From NCBI RefSeq assembly GCF_000372725.1, contig NW_005201912.1:182530-202529 (forward strand): a stretch of 20,000 nucleotides of DNA. Direction: 5' to 3'. The notes beneath the pieces are model-generated. The model made no database searches. It saw nothing but the letters and a program-made list of their open reading frames with translations, and had not been told where the DNA came from. Shown here piece by piece: positions 1 through 9,891 of this stretch. Every line of letters starts with the position of its first letter. Within the stretch, counting starts at the first letter, position 1. Position numbers and translations under genes: made by a program. Origin of the DNA: Emiliania huxleyi CCMP1516 (Eukaryota).

Positions 1-640
1 GCCTCCTTCACCACGAGCTCGTATGCCACGTCGCCGCCTGTGTTTGGGTTTCTAGGTAGGCGGATCACCGCACTTCTCCCCGGCGAGATGAGGCCCTCCG
101 CGCTAGAGGAGAGGCGGATCAGACTAGGAGGAGCGGCGGAGGCCATCAAGCTTGTCTCGAGTAGCCCTCGCGCGCGCGCAATCGCGTGGCGGCGGTAGAC
201 CGATTTTCGCCACCGAGACGAACACCGACTCAAAGGGTAGCCGTGACAACTTCGTGTGTATAGCGGCTGATACGCTTATTCATACCAATTCTTTGCACCT
301 GCCGCTGCGGCGTGCCTCCGCCTCATCGCCCTCTCTGCGCTAGATCTGCTGACTAGCCCGAGAACGGGCAGAACGGGCCGTCCTCGCATACTCCGACACA
401 TCGAAAGTGGGAGCGAAAACTCAGCCTTGAGTTCTCAGCGCCCTCACGGCCCGCCGATGGCAAACCCGACTCCCTCCATCCGTGTGGCGCCGCCCGATGG
501 TGCCGGGAACCCTATTCCGGAGCGATTTCCCCTAGGGTTAGCGCCGAGAAAGCCGGCAGTCTCGCGCCTCTATTTTCGCCCTCTCTCGGCTACCCGGTAT
601 AAAACGAGGGCGCGACAGGAGGAGAGGACGCGTCAGAGCG

Positions 641-2110
641 ATGGCATCTCCCGAGTTCAGCACCGCCGAATGGCGCACCCTCGACGACGTCCTCTCCCTC
701 CTCCGCTCGCCGCAGCCATGGTTCGCCTCCGTGCCGGCTGGTCGCCTCTGTGCCGCCTGTCCAAAGCGCTCTCCGCACCTCAGTCCGCCCGATTTGCTGG
801 CGGTGAGCGGCAACTGGTACGACGTGCTGCACAAGGCGCCCGTACTCGCCCGCCTGGCGGCGGCGGCTCCGTCGGCCGACCTCTTCCTGGCCGGCGGGCG
901 GCGCGAGCGGCTCACCTCTGCCGAGGCCGCCGCCGAGGGTGGTGAGCCGCTGCTGCTCGGCCGCACGCTTGCTGTTCTCGGCGTGGCGCGGAGCCGGCTG
1001 GTCGTGTGGAGCGGGTCGCGCGTCACCAACCACAACCTGCGCGCGCTGCTGCACTACGCCAAGCAGAGGCGCGAGTTTGAGCCGGCGGCGCCGCCGCTGC
1101 GCGTGGCGCTGGTGGAGGAGGGCTTCCTGGTGCGGCGGGAGGCAGGCGAGGGGCACACTTCCGAGACACGAGACACCGGGCAGGGCCACCGCAGCGCCCA
1201 TCCTGGACGCTCCCGCAGAGCACCAGAGAGGGCTCCTTTTCGCGTCTCCATTTCACCGCTCCTCCTCTCACAGCTCCTATCCTTCCTCGTGCAGCGTCGC
1301 TCGCGCGGCTGCTGGCGGAGGACGACGCGGCGCAGCGCGCTCTCGGTGCGGCGGAGCTCGGAGCGGGCGGAGCCGAGGCGTGGAGCTCTTCCCTCCAGCC
1401 GCGCGGCCTCGCCGTGCCCCTTGCCGTGTAGGCACGGTCGAGTTCCGCCCCGTCGGCGCGCGCACCTTTTCGCAGCTCTGCCAGGCGCACAACGGCCGGC
1501 GGGACGTCGCGATGGCGCGCGCCTGCATACACTCACCCCGGCAACGCCACGCCGCACCGGCCCTTCGGCTCATCCACGACGCGAGCTCTGCCCGAGTAGG
1601 CGCTGGTGCTCGGCGAGCTCGACAGGCCAGCGGTGTGGGGTGGTTGAGGCGGCCGCAGCGCGCGCCACCGCAATCGTGTCACGCTCGTAGGCTCGAGCGG
1701 TACCGGCACGAGGGCAACGCGACGACCGCTACGCATGGGCAGGCGCCGCTCCAGACAGCACTCACGGGGGTCACTATGTGGGTGGGTGGGTGGGTGGGTG
1801 GGTGGGTGTGTGGGGGGGGTAATGATCGAAGCCACGCCACACCGCCACACCCACCACAAGCAGGTGGTGTCTCTGCTCGGCCGTCCGCTTACTGTCGGGT
1901 CCACCGCTGCGGCAGGTGCGGCACGGCGCGCTGCTGCCGGCCGAGGCGCTCGACGCGCTGGGGGCGCCGCTGCGGCAGGCGACAAGGGCGCTGCGCGAGA
2001 GGCACGCGGCCTCACTCGGCGAGGGGAGGCGGATCCTGGAGAGGGCGCCGCGGGGCGAGATGCTCGCGCTGGCGACGCCACGAGGGGGAGAGCGCAGCCG
2101 AGACACATGA
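641..2110 (+). CDS. YdcF/DUF218-like protein, 6 exons
   Basis: Exons 641-1145, 1295-1345, 1432-1514, 1600-1625, 1691-1742, 1916-2110 (donors GC,GT,GC,GC,GC; all acceptors AG) join in frame. The product has DUF218-like motifs LFLAGGR, LGVARSRLVVWSGSRVTNHNL and VALVEEGFLVRRE. Its C-terminus ALVLGELDRLERY...LPAEALDAL resembles the LLxGELPRL...PAEV segment of bacterial YdcF (recalled, not searched). Confidence 0.7.
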
Positions 2111-2255
2111 TTTAAAATCATTTTGTTACAAACGGTTGAGTGCAAAATCGGAGAGAATTCGCGCCCCCGGCAGTCAACACAATTCGTTTAGTTTTTCAGA
2201 AACTCGGGCCTCTCGGGTACTCTACCTCTTAAAAAACACGATGGGCAGCGAAAAA

Positions 2256-3157
2256 CAGCAAAAGTAGCAAAATCGGGCCCTTCGCCATGCGCGGTCCTTG
2301 CTGACCCTGCCAAACTCTCTCGCCGCCGTTCGCTGCTCGGCTTGCGTATGCGGATGGGAGCTTCGAGGACATGCAGGCGTCCCGCCCCCTCCGGCCATCC
2401 CCTCGGCTCCCAAGTGCGCGGCCGCGACGCGCTGCGCACCCTCTTCCGCGCTGCGCGCGCTCTCGGCACGGCCTTCGTCCGACGAGATCACCTCCTCTTC
2501 GCGCCGCAGGTGCACAACCAAGGGCTGGCCACCTCCGTATCCATCATGGTGAAGCCAATGGGCCAAAATTGGAGTGAGCTCCCCTCCCAGGTGGCCGGAG
2601 GGTACACCTCGGGTCGGCGTGCTGGGGGGGGCGCCGGTGCGCAAGCCCACTTTCCGGGCGACCCCGAGGGGGAGGAGGCCGGGCGAGTGGCAGCAATTCA
2701 CTGTTAGTGTCCCGGGCCGCTGCGGCACCGTTTATACGGCCCCTCGTGATGTCTTTCCGATTTTGCATTGTGAGTCGTCCTCTGGCCAGCCGAGGGGCGC
2801 CAGAACGGCATGTGTACTGCTGCTGGCTGCGGGTGCGGAACGGTTTTTTTTTAACTCGCAACCAAGCATACTATACAAGGACACCCTCGGGGGGGACACT
2901 CGGCGCATGTGCGACGCGTCAGGGTGGAGTTGGCGGTGGCCGAGCGTCGTCTCCAGATCGACTCGCAGCGCGGAGTCGAAGGGTAAAGGCTAAAGCGCGT
3001 CGCGCTGCGACACTCGAGAGCCGGCGGGATGGCCGTAGGGCGCAGCCGACTTTGATGTCCTCGAAGGCCCGGTGCGCATTCGTCCTCTGAGACCCACGCG
3101 TACAGGAAAGGGGGCGAGAACGCCATTCTGCTGGACCGATTTTGCCACTTTCTGCTG
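2256..3157. repeat. Diverged ~200-bp inverted repeat pair (2256-2455 and 2964-3157)
   Basis: The left arm CAGCAAAAGTAGCAAAATCGG...CTTCGAGGACAT...CGGCCATCCCCTCGGCTC...CGCGACGCGCT...TCCGCGCTGCG matches colinearly the reverse complement of the right arm, CAGCAGAAAGTGGCAAAATCGG...CTTCGAGGACAT...CGGCCATCCCGCCGGCTC...CGCGACGCGCT...TCCGCGCTGCG. Confidence 0.75.
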
Positions 3158-3248
3158 GCTCGTTCGCCACCGTGAAAAGTCTGCGATGGGCTGCCCGCGC
3201 ATCAATTTCTGTTCTTTCTTTCTCTCTTTCTGTTGGAGGTTATAATTG

Positions 3249-3542
3249 CTATATACGCCACCCTGCATTCTGAATCGTCACCTTGTTGTCGGCGTTGAAA
3301 GCGAGGCGCCTCAGCGCCCCCGCGGCCTGATACTTCTGCCTGGCCGTGCCGCCGCGAGCCAACGCGACCAGCGGCGCGATGCCACCCGCCTTCGCAATCG
3401 CCACCTTGTTGTCGGCGTTGTCAAACGCGAGCACCCACAACTCCCGCGCGGCCGCCTCCTTCTGCCCGTCCGAGCCGCCGCGCAGCTGCGCCACCCACGT
3501 TCGCACCTCTGAAGGAATGGAGGCGTCCACAGCCATCCCCAT
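3249..3542 (-). CDS. Armadillo-repeat protein (about two ARM repeats; possibly a fragment, start uncertain)
   Basis: WVAQLRGGSDGQKEAAARELWVLAFDNADNKVAIAKAGGIAPLVALARGGTARQKYQAAGALRRLAFNADNKVTIQNAG fits the ARM consensus. The frame stays open upstream to 4019 through Pro/Ser low-complexity sequence. Confidence 0.7.
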   Translation of the reverse strand: MGMAVDASIPSEVRTWVAQLRGGSDGQKEAAARELWVLAFDNADNKVAIAKAGGIAPLVALARGGTARQKYQAAGALRRLAFNADNKVTIQNAGWRI

Positions 3543-3783
3543 CGCCTCCGACACCGCTGCCTGCGCTCCGCCCTCCTTGCCGCCGCCCTCTCCCTCCTCC
3601 TGCGAGGAAGACACCGCTTCCGCCGGCGGCGGCGGCGAGGCCAGCGGCGGCGGCGGCGAGCCCAGCGGCGGCGGCGGCGGCGGAGGCGGCGAGCTATCCT
3701 GCTCGTGACGTCGGCTCCACAGACGCCAGCCAAGTTGGCGACGTGCGGCGGGGACCGTGGCCGCCGTTGCGACCGCCGCGGCG

Positions 3784-3919
3784 GGCAGCAGCGACGAGGA
3801 GGGCGACGACGAGGAGGGCGAGGGCGGCGGCGGCCCGCTCGTCGCTGCCTGCTGCAGCGGCGGTGGCGGCAGCAGCGACGAGGAGGGCGACGACGAGGAG
3901 GGCGAGGGCGGCGGCGGCC
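3784..3919. repeat. Exact 52-bp direct repeat (3784-3835 and 3868-3919)
   Basis: GGCAGCAGCGACGAGGAGGGCGACGACGAGGAGGGCGAGGGCGGCGGCGGCC occurs twice, 84 bp apart (in-frame spacing). Confidence 0.9.
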
Positions 3920-4179
3920 ACATTGTCAAAACGCCGTTCACAGACCCGCCGTTCACGTAAACGCACAACCCGGACCCATTACGCACAACCACAGACAGTC
4001 GAAAAGGGAGAGACAGCAATGACAGTCAGAAGTCAGCGCCGTGTACAGGCCTTGTTATTGAGAAGAAATACGTGCTGGCAGACTGTTTATCGAGAAAAGA
4101 AGAAATACTGCGTTGGCGCTGGCTAGTGCCATTTCACTGTGGCACAGCTCGCGTTACAAAACCTTGATCTTGACCATTT

Positions 4180-4329
4180 GCGCCATTTCGTACCTCTCGG
4201 TGCCTTCCAGAGGCAGCTGTCACCCCGCCGAGTAGACGGTTGCACACAGCAGGTAGCGCGGTGTGCAACCGTCCACTCGGCGGGGTCGCAGCTGCCTCTG
4301 CGCGTCCTGGGGAGGTACAAAAGTGTCGC
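4180..4329. other. Long hairpin; pre-miRNA-like or MITE-like
   Basis: Arms 4208-4247 and 4261-4300 are complementary at 37 of 40 positions around a 13-nt loop. Outer pairing continues (GTACCTC 4190-4196 with GAGGTAC 4312-4318). Confidence 0.8.
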
Positions 4330-4502
4330 CGCCGGAGACGACTCGACGCCGCTGAGATCGGAGATCAAGCTCTGACAGGTCGCACGTCGCTCCTTTGACG
4401 CCGACGTGACTCACCCGTGCAGATCAGTTTTCTTCTCTCAGTTTGAGAAGGAGACAACCGAGAAGAGAACGGGACGCGTCGCGCCGAGACGCGCCCGTCC
4501 AC

Positions 4503-5837
4503 ATGATCTTCGATGTTGCTGGCAACCCGATCGCTGCGATCGCCAATGGGACGGCGCAGGTCGTTAGCAGCCAACCTTTGACAAGCTGCGAGAGCGACGA
4601 TGAGGAGGCAAAGGAGGCGATGCAGTGTGAGGAGCAAGGTGGCTGGGGATCGGACGATGGCGGTGTACTGCCGCTCATTCCGTCCCTTCCACCGCCAAAG
4701 AAGTCGTTGAGCAATGCGGCCAATGCGCCGCCTGCCGACGAGTACCGGACGTGGGTCGAGGCGGTTTCTTACCAGGTGGGCAACGCGGCACACGAGATTC
4801 GCAACGCGCTGCGCTACTGGGCAAGTCTTGTCACAACCGACAGCTCGTCTGAGGCTTCGCAGCGGCTCCTCGAGCGCTTTCGGAAAGCCGACAATACATC
4901 GGGGAAAATCGAGGCAACGATGAGGGCTCTAGTAGGCCGGGTGCGGAATGCCCGCAACGTGAGCAAGCCGCTAGAGAGGCTGCTGCCGCAAGCAAGCCGA
5001 CTCCTCGCTCAGATCCGGACCGATCTTGACAGCCTCGGCGGGGACACGGAGGGTGTGGCTGAGCAGAGGGGCGTCATCAAAAGCCTGCTCGCGCGGAAAG
5101 ACAGATACCTCGCGGCAATCACGGCCGCGCACTCTGGAGGGGACCGACCACCGACGCGACCGAGCGGACTCGCGGACGGTGCGCCCCTGCCACTTCCGCC
5201 GCCCGGGGTACGGGTGGACTTCTTCTCCTGGGGGCAGGCCGAGGAGGCTCTGCTCTCCAAGGCCGGGGCGGTGGTTGCTTCAGCAGAGGTCATCATCGGG
5301 GTGGCGCGGCTGGCCTGCAACGCAGCACACGAATGCCAAAACCTTTGCGTGGCGCCACGCGGCGCGGCTGGCACCAAAGCGCACGCCACGCTCAAGCAAC
5401 TGGACAACCTCGCGGGGCAGTGCGAGAATCGCGCGAGGGCGATCATGGTGCTCGCTCACCGCTGGCACACGACCCAGCGGGCGCGACCGGCAGAAGCCAT
5501 CGTTAAGCAAGCCAACGCGCTTCAGGCGGCGGTCTCCACGGGGGAAGGGCTCGCACTGGCCGCTGCGTCGTGTGGCGAGGGCGGGAGCCAAGTGCCTGGT
5601 GCCAAGCTCGCATCCGTCTTGGCCCGCCTCGGCCGCCTCGCCAGCGTCCTCGCCACACGACGCAGCGCGAAACCGCAAGCGCGACCGGCCGCTCGCTGCG
5701 CCAACTGCGGCTATGCCGTCACCGGCCTCGCCCCGCAGCACTGCTGCAAAGGCTGCAAAAGGAGCCCCGGGCAGCACGGCCCCAAATGCCGAAAAGAGCT
5801 CTTCGTCGCTGACGGCGAGATTATAGCGAAGCCTTAG
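4503..5837 (+). CDS. Intronless hypothetical protein with two related helical domains and a C-terminal Cys/His putative zinc-binding motif
   Basis: Long complex ORF (first ATG 4503, stop 5835-5837) with internal protein-level duplication (NAAHE...DNxxGxxExxxRA...PxExxxxQAxxL twice) and C-x2-C-x10-H-C-C-x2-C-x6-H-x3-C at 5697-5789. Confidence 0.7.
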   Translation: MIFDVAGNPIAAIANGTAQVVSSQPLTSCESDDEEAKEAMQCEEQGGWGSDDGGVLPLIPSLPPPKKSLSNAANAPPADEYRTWVEAVSYQVGNAAHEIRNALRYWASLVTTDSSSEASQRLLERFRKADNTSGKIEATMRALVGRVRNARNVSKPLERLLPQASRLLAQIRTDLDSLGGDTEGVAEQRGVIKSLLARKDRYLAAITAAHSGGDRPPTRPSGLADGAPLPLPPPGVRVDFFSWGQAEEALLSKAGAVVASAEVIIGVARLACNAAHECQNLCVAPRGAAGTKAHATLKQLDNLAGQCENRARAIMVLAHRWHTTQRARPAEAIVKQANALQAAVSTGEGLALAAASCGEGGSQVPGAKLASVLARLGRLASVLATRRSAKPQARPAARCANCGYAVTGLAPQHCCKGCKRSPGQHGPKCRKELFVADGEIIAKP

Positions 5838-5938
5838 GGAGCTAAAGCAGTGAAGCAGGGGAGTCATGGTACAGGGGGCACACACGGCGGCAGAGAAACC
5901 GCGCAGGTTTTGGCGCGCCGGAATTTTTTCGCCCAGTG

Positions 5939-6134
5939 TAAAAGAAAGAAAGAAAGAAAACGGACAACCCAAGGGAGGGATGGGAGGACGGCACGCCGCC
6001 ACCACACAGGGATTTTAAGGAGAGGGGTGTGGCGCCCAAAAAGAAAGAAAACAGACAGTAAGGGAGGGATGGGAGAACGGCACGCCGCCACCACACAGGG
6101 ATTTTAAGGAGAGGAGTGTGATGCGCTAGCCGTC
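5939..6134 (+). repeat. Two tandem copies of a ~95-bp dispersed repeat (5939-6035, 6038-6134)
   Basis: (AAAG)n-AAAC(A/G)GACA...AGGGAGGGATGGGAG(G/A)ACGGCACGCCGCCACCACACAGGGATTTTAAGGAGAGG(G/A)GTGTG. A third copy lies inverted at 12344-12443. Confidence 0.9.
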
Positions 6135-6474
6135 ATGTATGGCATTCCGGATTCGAGTGAGAAGTGGTGGCTGACGGGGGTTACGCCTCACATTCTAAAA
6201 TTCTCTGTCTCGAATGCGAATCAAAATAACAGAATGAAAGAGAGTTCAACAAAATGAAAGAGATCTCGCAGCGCCGCCTTGCACCTGAGTAACTCTGTAT
6301 GTATGTCGCCTTGTCCGCCGCTCGGGCCGCCGCCGTCAGCACCGCGCCTCCGCCGACGAACGCGAGCGGATTCGGCATGGTGCGGCCGGCCCTGCGCCAA
6401 AGCCACGCTCCGGTGGGTGTCGGTCGCGGGCCTGACGCAATGAGACACGCTCATCGCTCCAAAGCCTCCCGAAC

Positions 6475-6596
6475 CGTAACGTCTAACCGCCCGCCGCGCG
6501 AACTGACTCATCATCATCCCTTCAACATACACCTCTCGTAACGTCTAACCGCCCGCCGCGCTAACTGACTCCTCATCACCTCCCTACGAACATACA
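6475..6596. repeat. Tandem duplication, ~62-bp unit x2
   Basis: CGTAACGTCTAACCGCCCGCCGCGC(G/T)AACTGACTC(A/C)TCATCA...AACATACA starts at 6475 and 6537. Confidence 0.9.
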
Positions 6597-7013
6597 TATG
6601 TAGTAAGGTGAAGAACAGTCAGGCTCGGACTGGACACCAACGCGGTATGGGTGGACGCAAGACAGATGATGACGACACGCACGAGCGACACACAGACACA
6701 AACAAGCTCACAAGACACACAGCCAGCGGGCTGCCACACATCCTGAGTGGGCGTACACATCACTCAGGCCACGTCCCCCCTGTCGCCCCCCCCAGCACTC
6801 CAAGGTGCCAAGAGACAAACAACAGCACAACAACAGACAGGCGACAGGGGCGAACGTGCCGTCGCCCACCCTGGGGAGTCCAGTGTTGTGTGACGGATTT
6901 TCTAAAATTCTTTTCTCTCTCAGGTCCGTCGCAGGCTGTGCCTCTTTTGGTACCTGTGTCGAATGCTGTGCGCATTGCTGAATTCTTTTCTCTCTCTCAT
7001 ACAACCGGTGCAG

Positions 7014-8977
7014 ATGGCTGTCGCGCTGGAGTCTGTCGACGCAGATCAAGACGACTCCAGCAGCGGCGAGATCGTCGGCGCAGAGGACGACGAGGCGGTC
7101 GAGGTCAGTGGTGACCGCCTCGACGATGTCGACACGCCTTCCAGTGGCGACAGTCCGACGTCACGTGGCGACAGCCCAACTTCGCAGCCGCAAACCTCCG
7201 AGGATGGCAGCGGCCTATGGCGGCTGCTGCTGACGGCATCCGCCTCAGCCGCGACCACCGCCGTCGGCATGGCGCTCCTCTTCACGCGTTGGATTCGGGA
7301 GGCGGCGCCGCCAGAGCTGCGGTACGCGCCGAGCGAGGAGAATGTCAAGCTCGTCATGGCGGTGCCGCTCCTGCTTCGGTCGTACATCCCGAACGTGCTC
7401 ACGCGGAACGGGCACCTCGCCTCCCTCTTTGGCTACATCAAGCTCCCCTCGTGGCGGCACCGCTGCGACCGCGAGCTAGTTCCGCTCTCCGACGGTGGCA
7501 CTGTCTCAGTCGAGTGGTCCCACCTCTAGATGCGGAAACGCGTACCACTCCCCTGTCTAGACGCAGTACTTTGCACCGTTGGCGCTCGGCTGCGGGCGTG
7601 CCACACATGCACACGCCCGTGCTCGGTTCATGGTTCCCGCTCTCGCCAAGGCTCTCGCCTTGGCTCATGGTTCCCGGACTCCAGCCTCCTTTGTGCGGCA
7701 AAGGTTCCCCTGCCGGCCGGCGGACGGCGTGCCGGTGATCCTGATGCTGCCGGGCATCAACAACGACGCCGCCTTCCCGTACGTGCAGCACGTGATGCGA
7801 CTCGTCCTCGCAGAAGGGCTCGGCACGCCCGCCGCGGTCAACTGGCGCGGGCTGGGCGGACTCCCCCTCAGCGCGGCGGGCGGAGCGACGCCAAAGGTCT
7901 ACTGCGGCCTCGGCGCGCCTGATCTGGCGGAGATCTTGAGCCACTTGCGGCGGCGGCTGCCCTCGTCCCCCCTCTACGCGGTCGGCTGGTCGATGGGCGG
8001 CTGCATCCTGGTGCGGCACATGGCAGAGGCGGGCGAGGGGTGCGAGCTGCGGGCGGCGATGGCCGTCTCGCCCGCGCTTGACGTGTCTGCGGTGCAGCGG
8101 TACTGGCAAGGCGCACACAGCGGGTCCGGCGGTGCAGGGCCCGCTGTGAGCTGGCGCGTCTCTTCACAGCGGCGCGGCTGTGAGCAGGCACGCCGGTCGG
8201 GCGCCTGTACGGCCTCGCGATCGGCTTCAAGTTGTGGCTGTACTTTCTTTCCCATCGGAGGGAGCTAGCGGGCGGTCCCGTCTCGGCGCGTGGCGCGGGT
8301 CTCCTCGGCGGTGTGTCTTGCATCGACCCTTCCCCGACTTCTCCCGGAGCCGTGTGTCTCTGCAGGTGTGGCGCGCCTTCCTGGGCGTCTTTCGCGGGTA
8401 CGAGGACGAGGTGTTTGCGCCGCTGTGGGGCCTGTCGGGCCACGAGGAGTACTGGCGCCGCTGCTCGGTCGGCGAGGAGCTGGTGCGGCGCGTCGCCAGG
8501 CGCGCGTCGCCGCCAGTAGCGGCGGCGGCGGCGGTGGCAGCAGCAGCAGAAAGTAGCAGAGGTCCGTAGCAGAGGTCTAGTGCACCCGAGTGCTCCGAGA
8601 AGACGCCGCGACACGACACCTCCACGACACCTCCTCGACACCTCCACGACACCTCCTCGACACTGACGGTGTGCTCCCCTAGGCCGCTGCTCGTGGTCCA
8701 CGCGCGCGATGACCCGGTGGTGCCCGTCTGGTCGCTGCCGCTCGCCGCGATGGCGTCGAACCCGCACATCGTGACGGCGATCACCCGGCACGGAGGGCAC
8801 ATCGGCTACACGGCGGGCGCGACGCCGCTGCTCGGCGCGTGGACCGACCGCGTCCTCGTGCACTACCTGCGCGCCATCCTCGCGAGGGAGGAGGAGCGGG
8901 AGGGGCGCGAGCAGGGGGAGATGCGCGGTAGCGGGTGCAGGAGATTGCCCACGCTGTGCGAGCACAGCAAGCTGTGA
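7014..8977 (+). CDS. Alpha/beta hydrolase, ABHD1/2/3-YheT-EHT1 family, 5 exons, C-terminal SKL
   Basis: Exons 7014-7516, 7704-8110, 8188-8285, 8366-8499, 8683-8977 (donors GT,GC,GC,GC). Family motifs: NGHLASL, RELVPLSDGGTVSVEW, ILMLPGI, NWRG, nucleophile elbow GWSMGG, acid HARDDPVV, His GGHIG. An upstream exon is possible because the ATG follows a pyrimidine tract and CAG. Confidence 0.9.
8614..8663. repeat. Intronic 11-bp tandem repeat CGACACCTCC(A/T)
   Basis: About 4.5 copies inside hydrolase intron 4. Confidence 0.9.
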
Positions 8978-9891
8978 GATCCGTCTTCAGAGCTAATTTA
9001 TGAAGCGTTTTCGACAGGGCCACCATGATTTCTTTTTCTGGGTCGTAAAATTCTTTCCCGCGATGTCCGCTCCGCTCGCCGCTCGCAACGCCATGGAAAA
9101 AAGAGAATTCATCGGACAAAATAAAATTGAGACCATGGGTGTGAGGTAAAATCACGCTACCAGCGCTTGGTCACATATCGGCCCCAAGGTCAGATCCTTC
9201 TACTCTGTGTTGATGACAACAGAACACTTGTCTACTCGCTGGAGCCGAACAGGAGGGCCCGGCGCGGCGCACAACCCCTGGTCAACTCACGGTCCACACC
9301 CCGTAGTATAGGGAGCGTAGAAGAAATTAAGCAAAGTCCAAAGAGGAGCCCTGCGCACGGCGGCACGCACGACTCCGCAGGAGAAGCCCCTCCCCAGACA
9401 AAACACAAGGGAGAGGTGGGTGGGTCACAGAAGACTGCGGCCGCCAGCGACTGAGTCATCACTGGGATGAGATCGGGAGATACGTCAGATCTGCCGAATA
9501 TATCCCGACTCGCTACAGCCGCCCACAGGAGCGCCGCCTCAACACGGGGTCTCGGCTCTATCGAGCCATGCTAGCTCCAGCCGCAGCCCCACCCGGCCGC
9601 CCGAGTGTGTTCCCGCAGGCAGAGAAGACCAATCCTGGGGGAAGCAACCGTCTTTCCCGAGACCCAGAGAGTGTATACACGTAGCCCCCTAGTCTCGGCG
9701 GTAGGATCTTGTATTTTTTCATAGAAACTCGGCGGTTGTGCCTCTTTATTTTATATTCGATCCCGCCGCGCAGCCGCGCGCCGCAGCCTCCCCCAGCCCG
9801 ACCGATTGCGCGATGGCCCTCGCCGCCCCGTCCGGAAAAGCGGAACTCCGCACACCACAGCCCAGCCCCACGCCCGCTCCTCACCCGTCTC

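Noticed and set aside
1..146. Minus-strand open frame MASAAPPSLIRL...GGDVAYELVVKE running off the window
   Set aside because: Too short and no recognisable motif. It could be a gene start but cannot be supported.
641..1690. 349-aa single-exon ORF from the track
   Set aside because: After 1145 it reads through introns into Arg/Pro-rich nonsense. The spliced model restores family motifs.
3757..3960. Plus-strand acidic ORF with SSDEEGDDEEGEGGGG twice
   Set aside because: Low-complexity, no ATG-led context or domain, and the coding strand cannot be determined.
6120..6134. Helitron 3' end (hairpin followed by CTAG) for the 95-bp repeat
   Set aside because: Similarity between copies continues past CTAG (CCGTC), so CTAG is not evidently the terminus.
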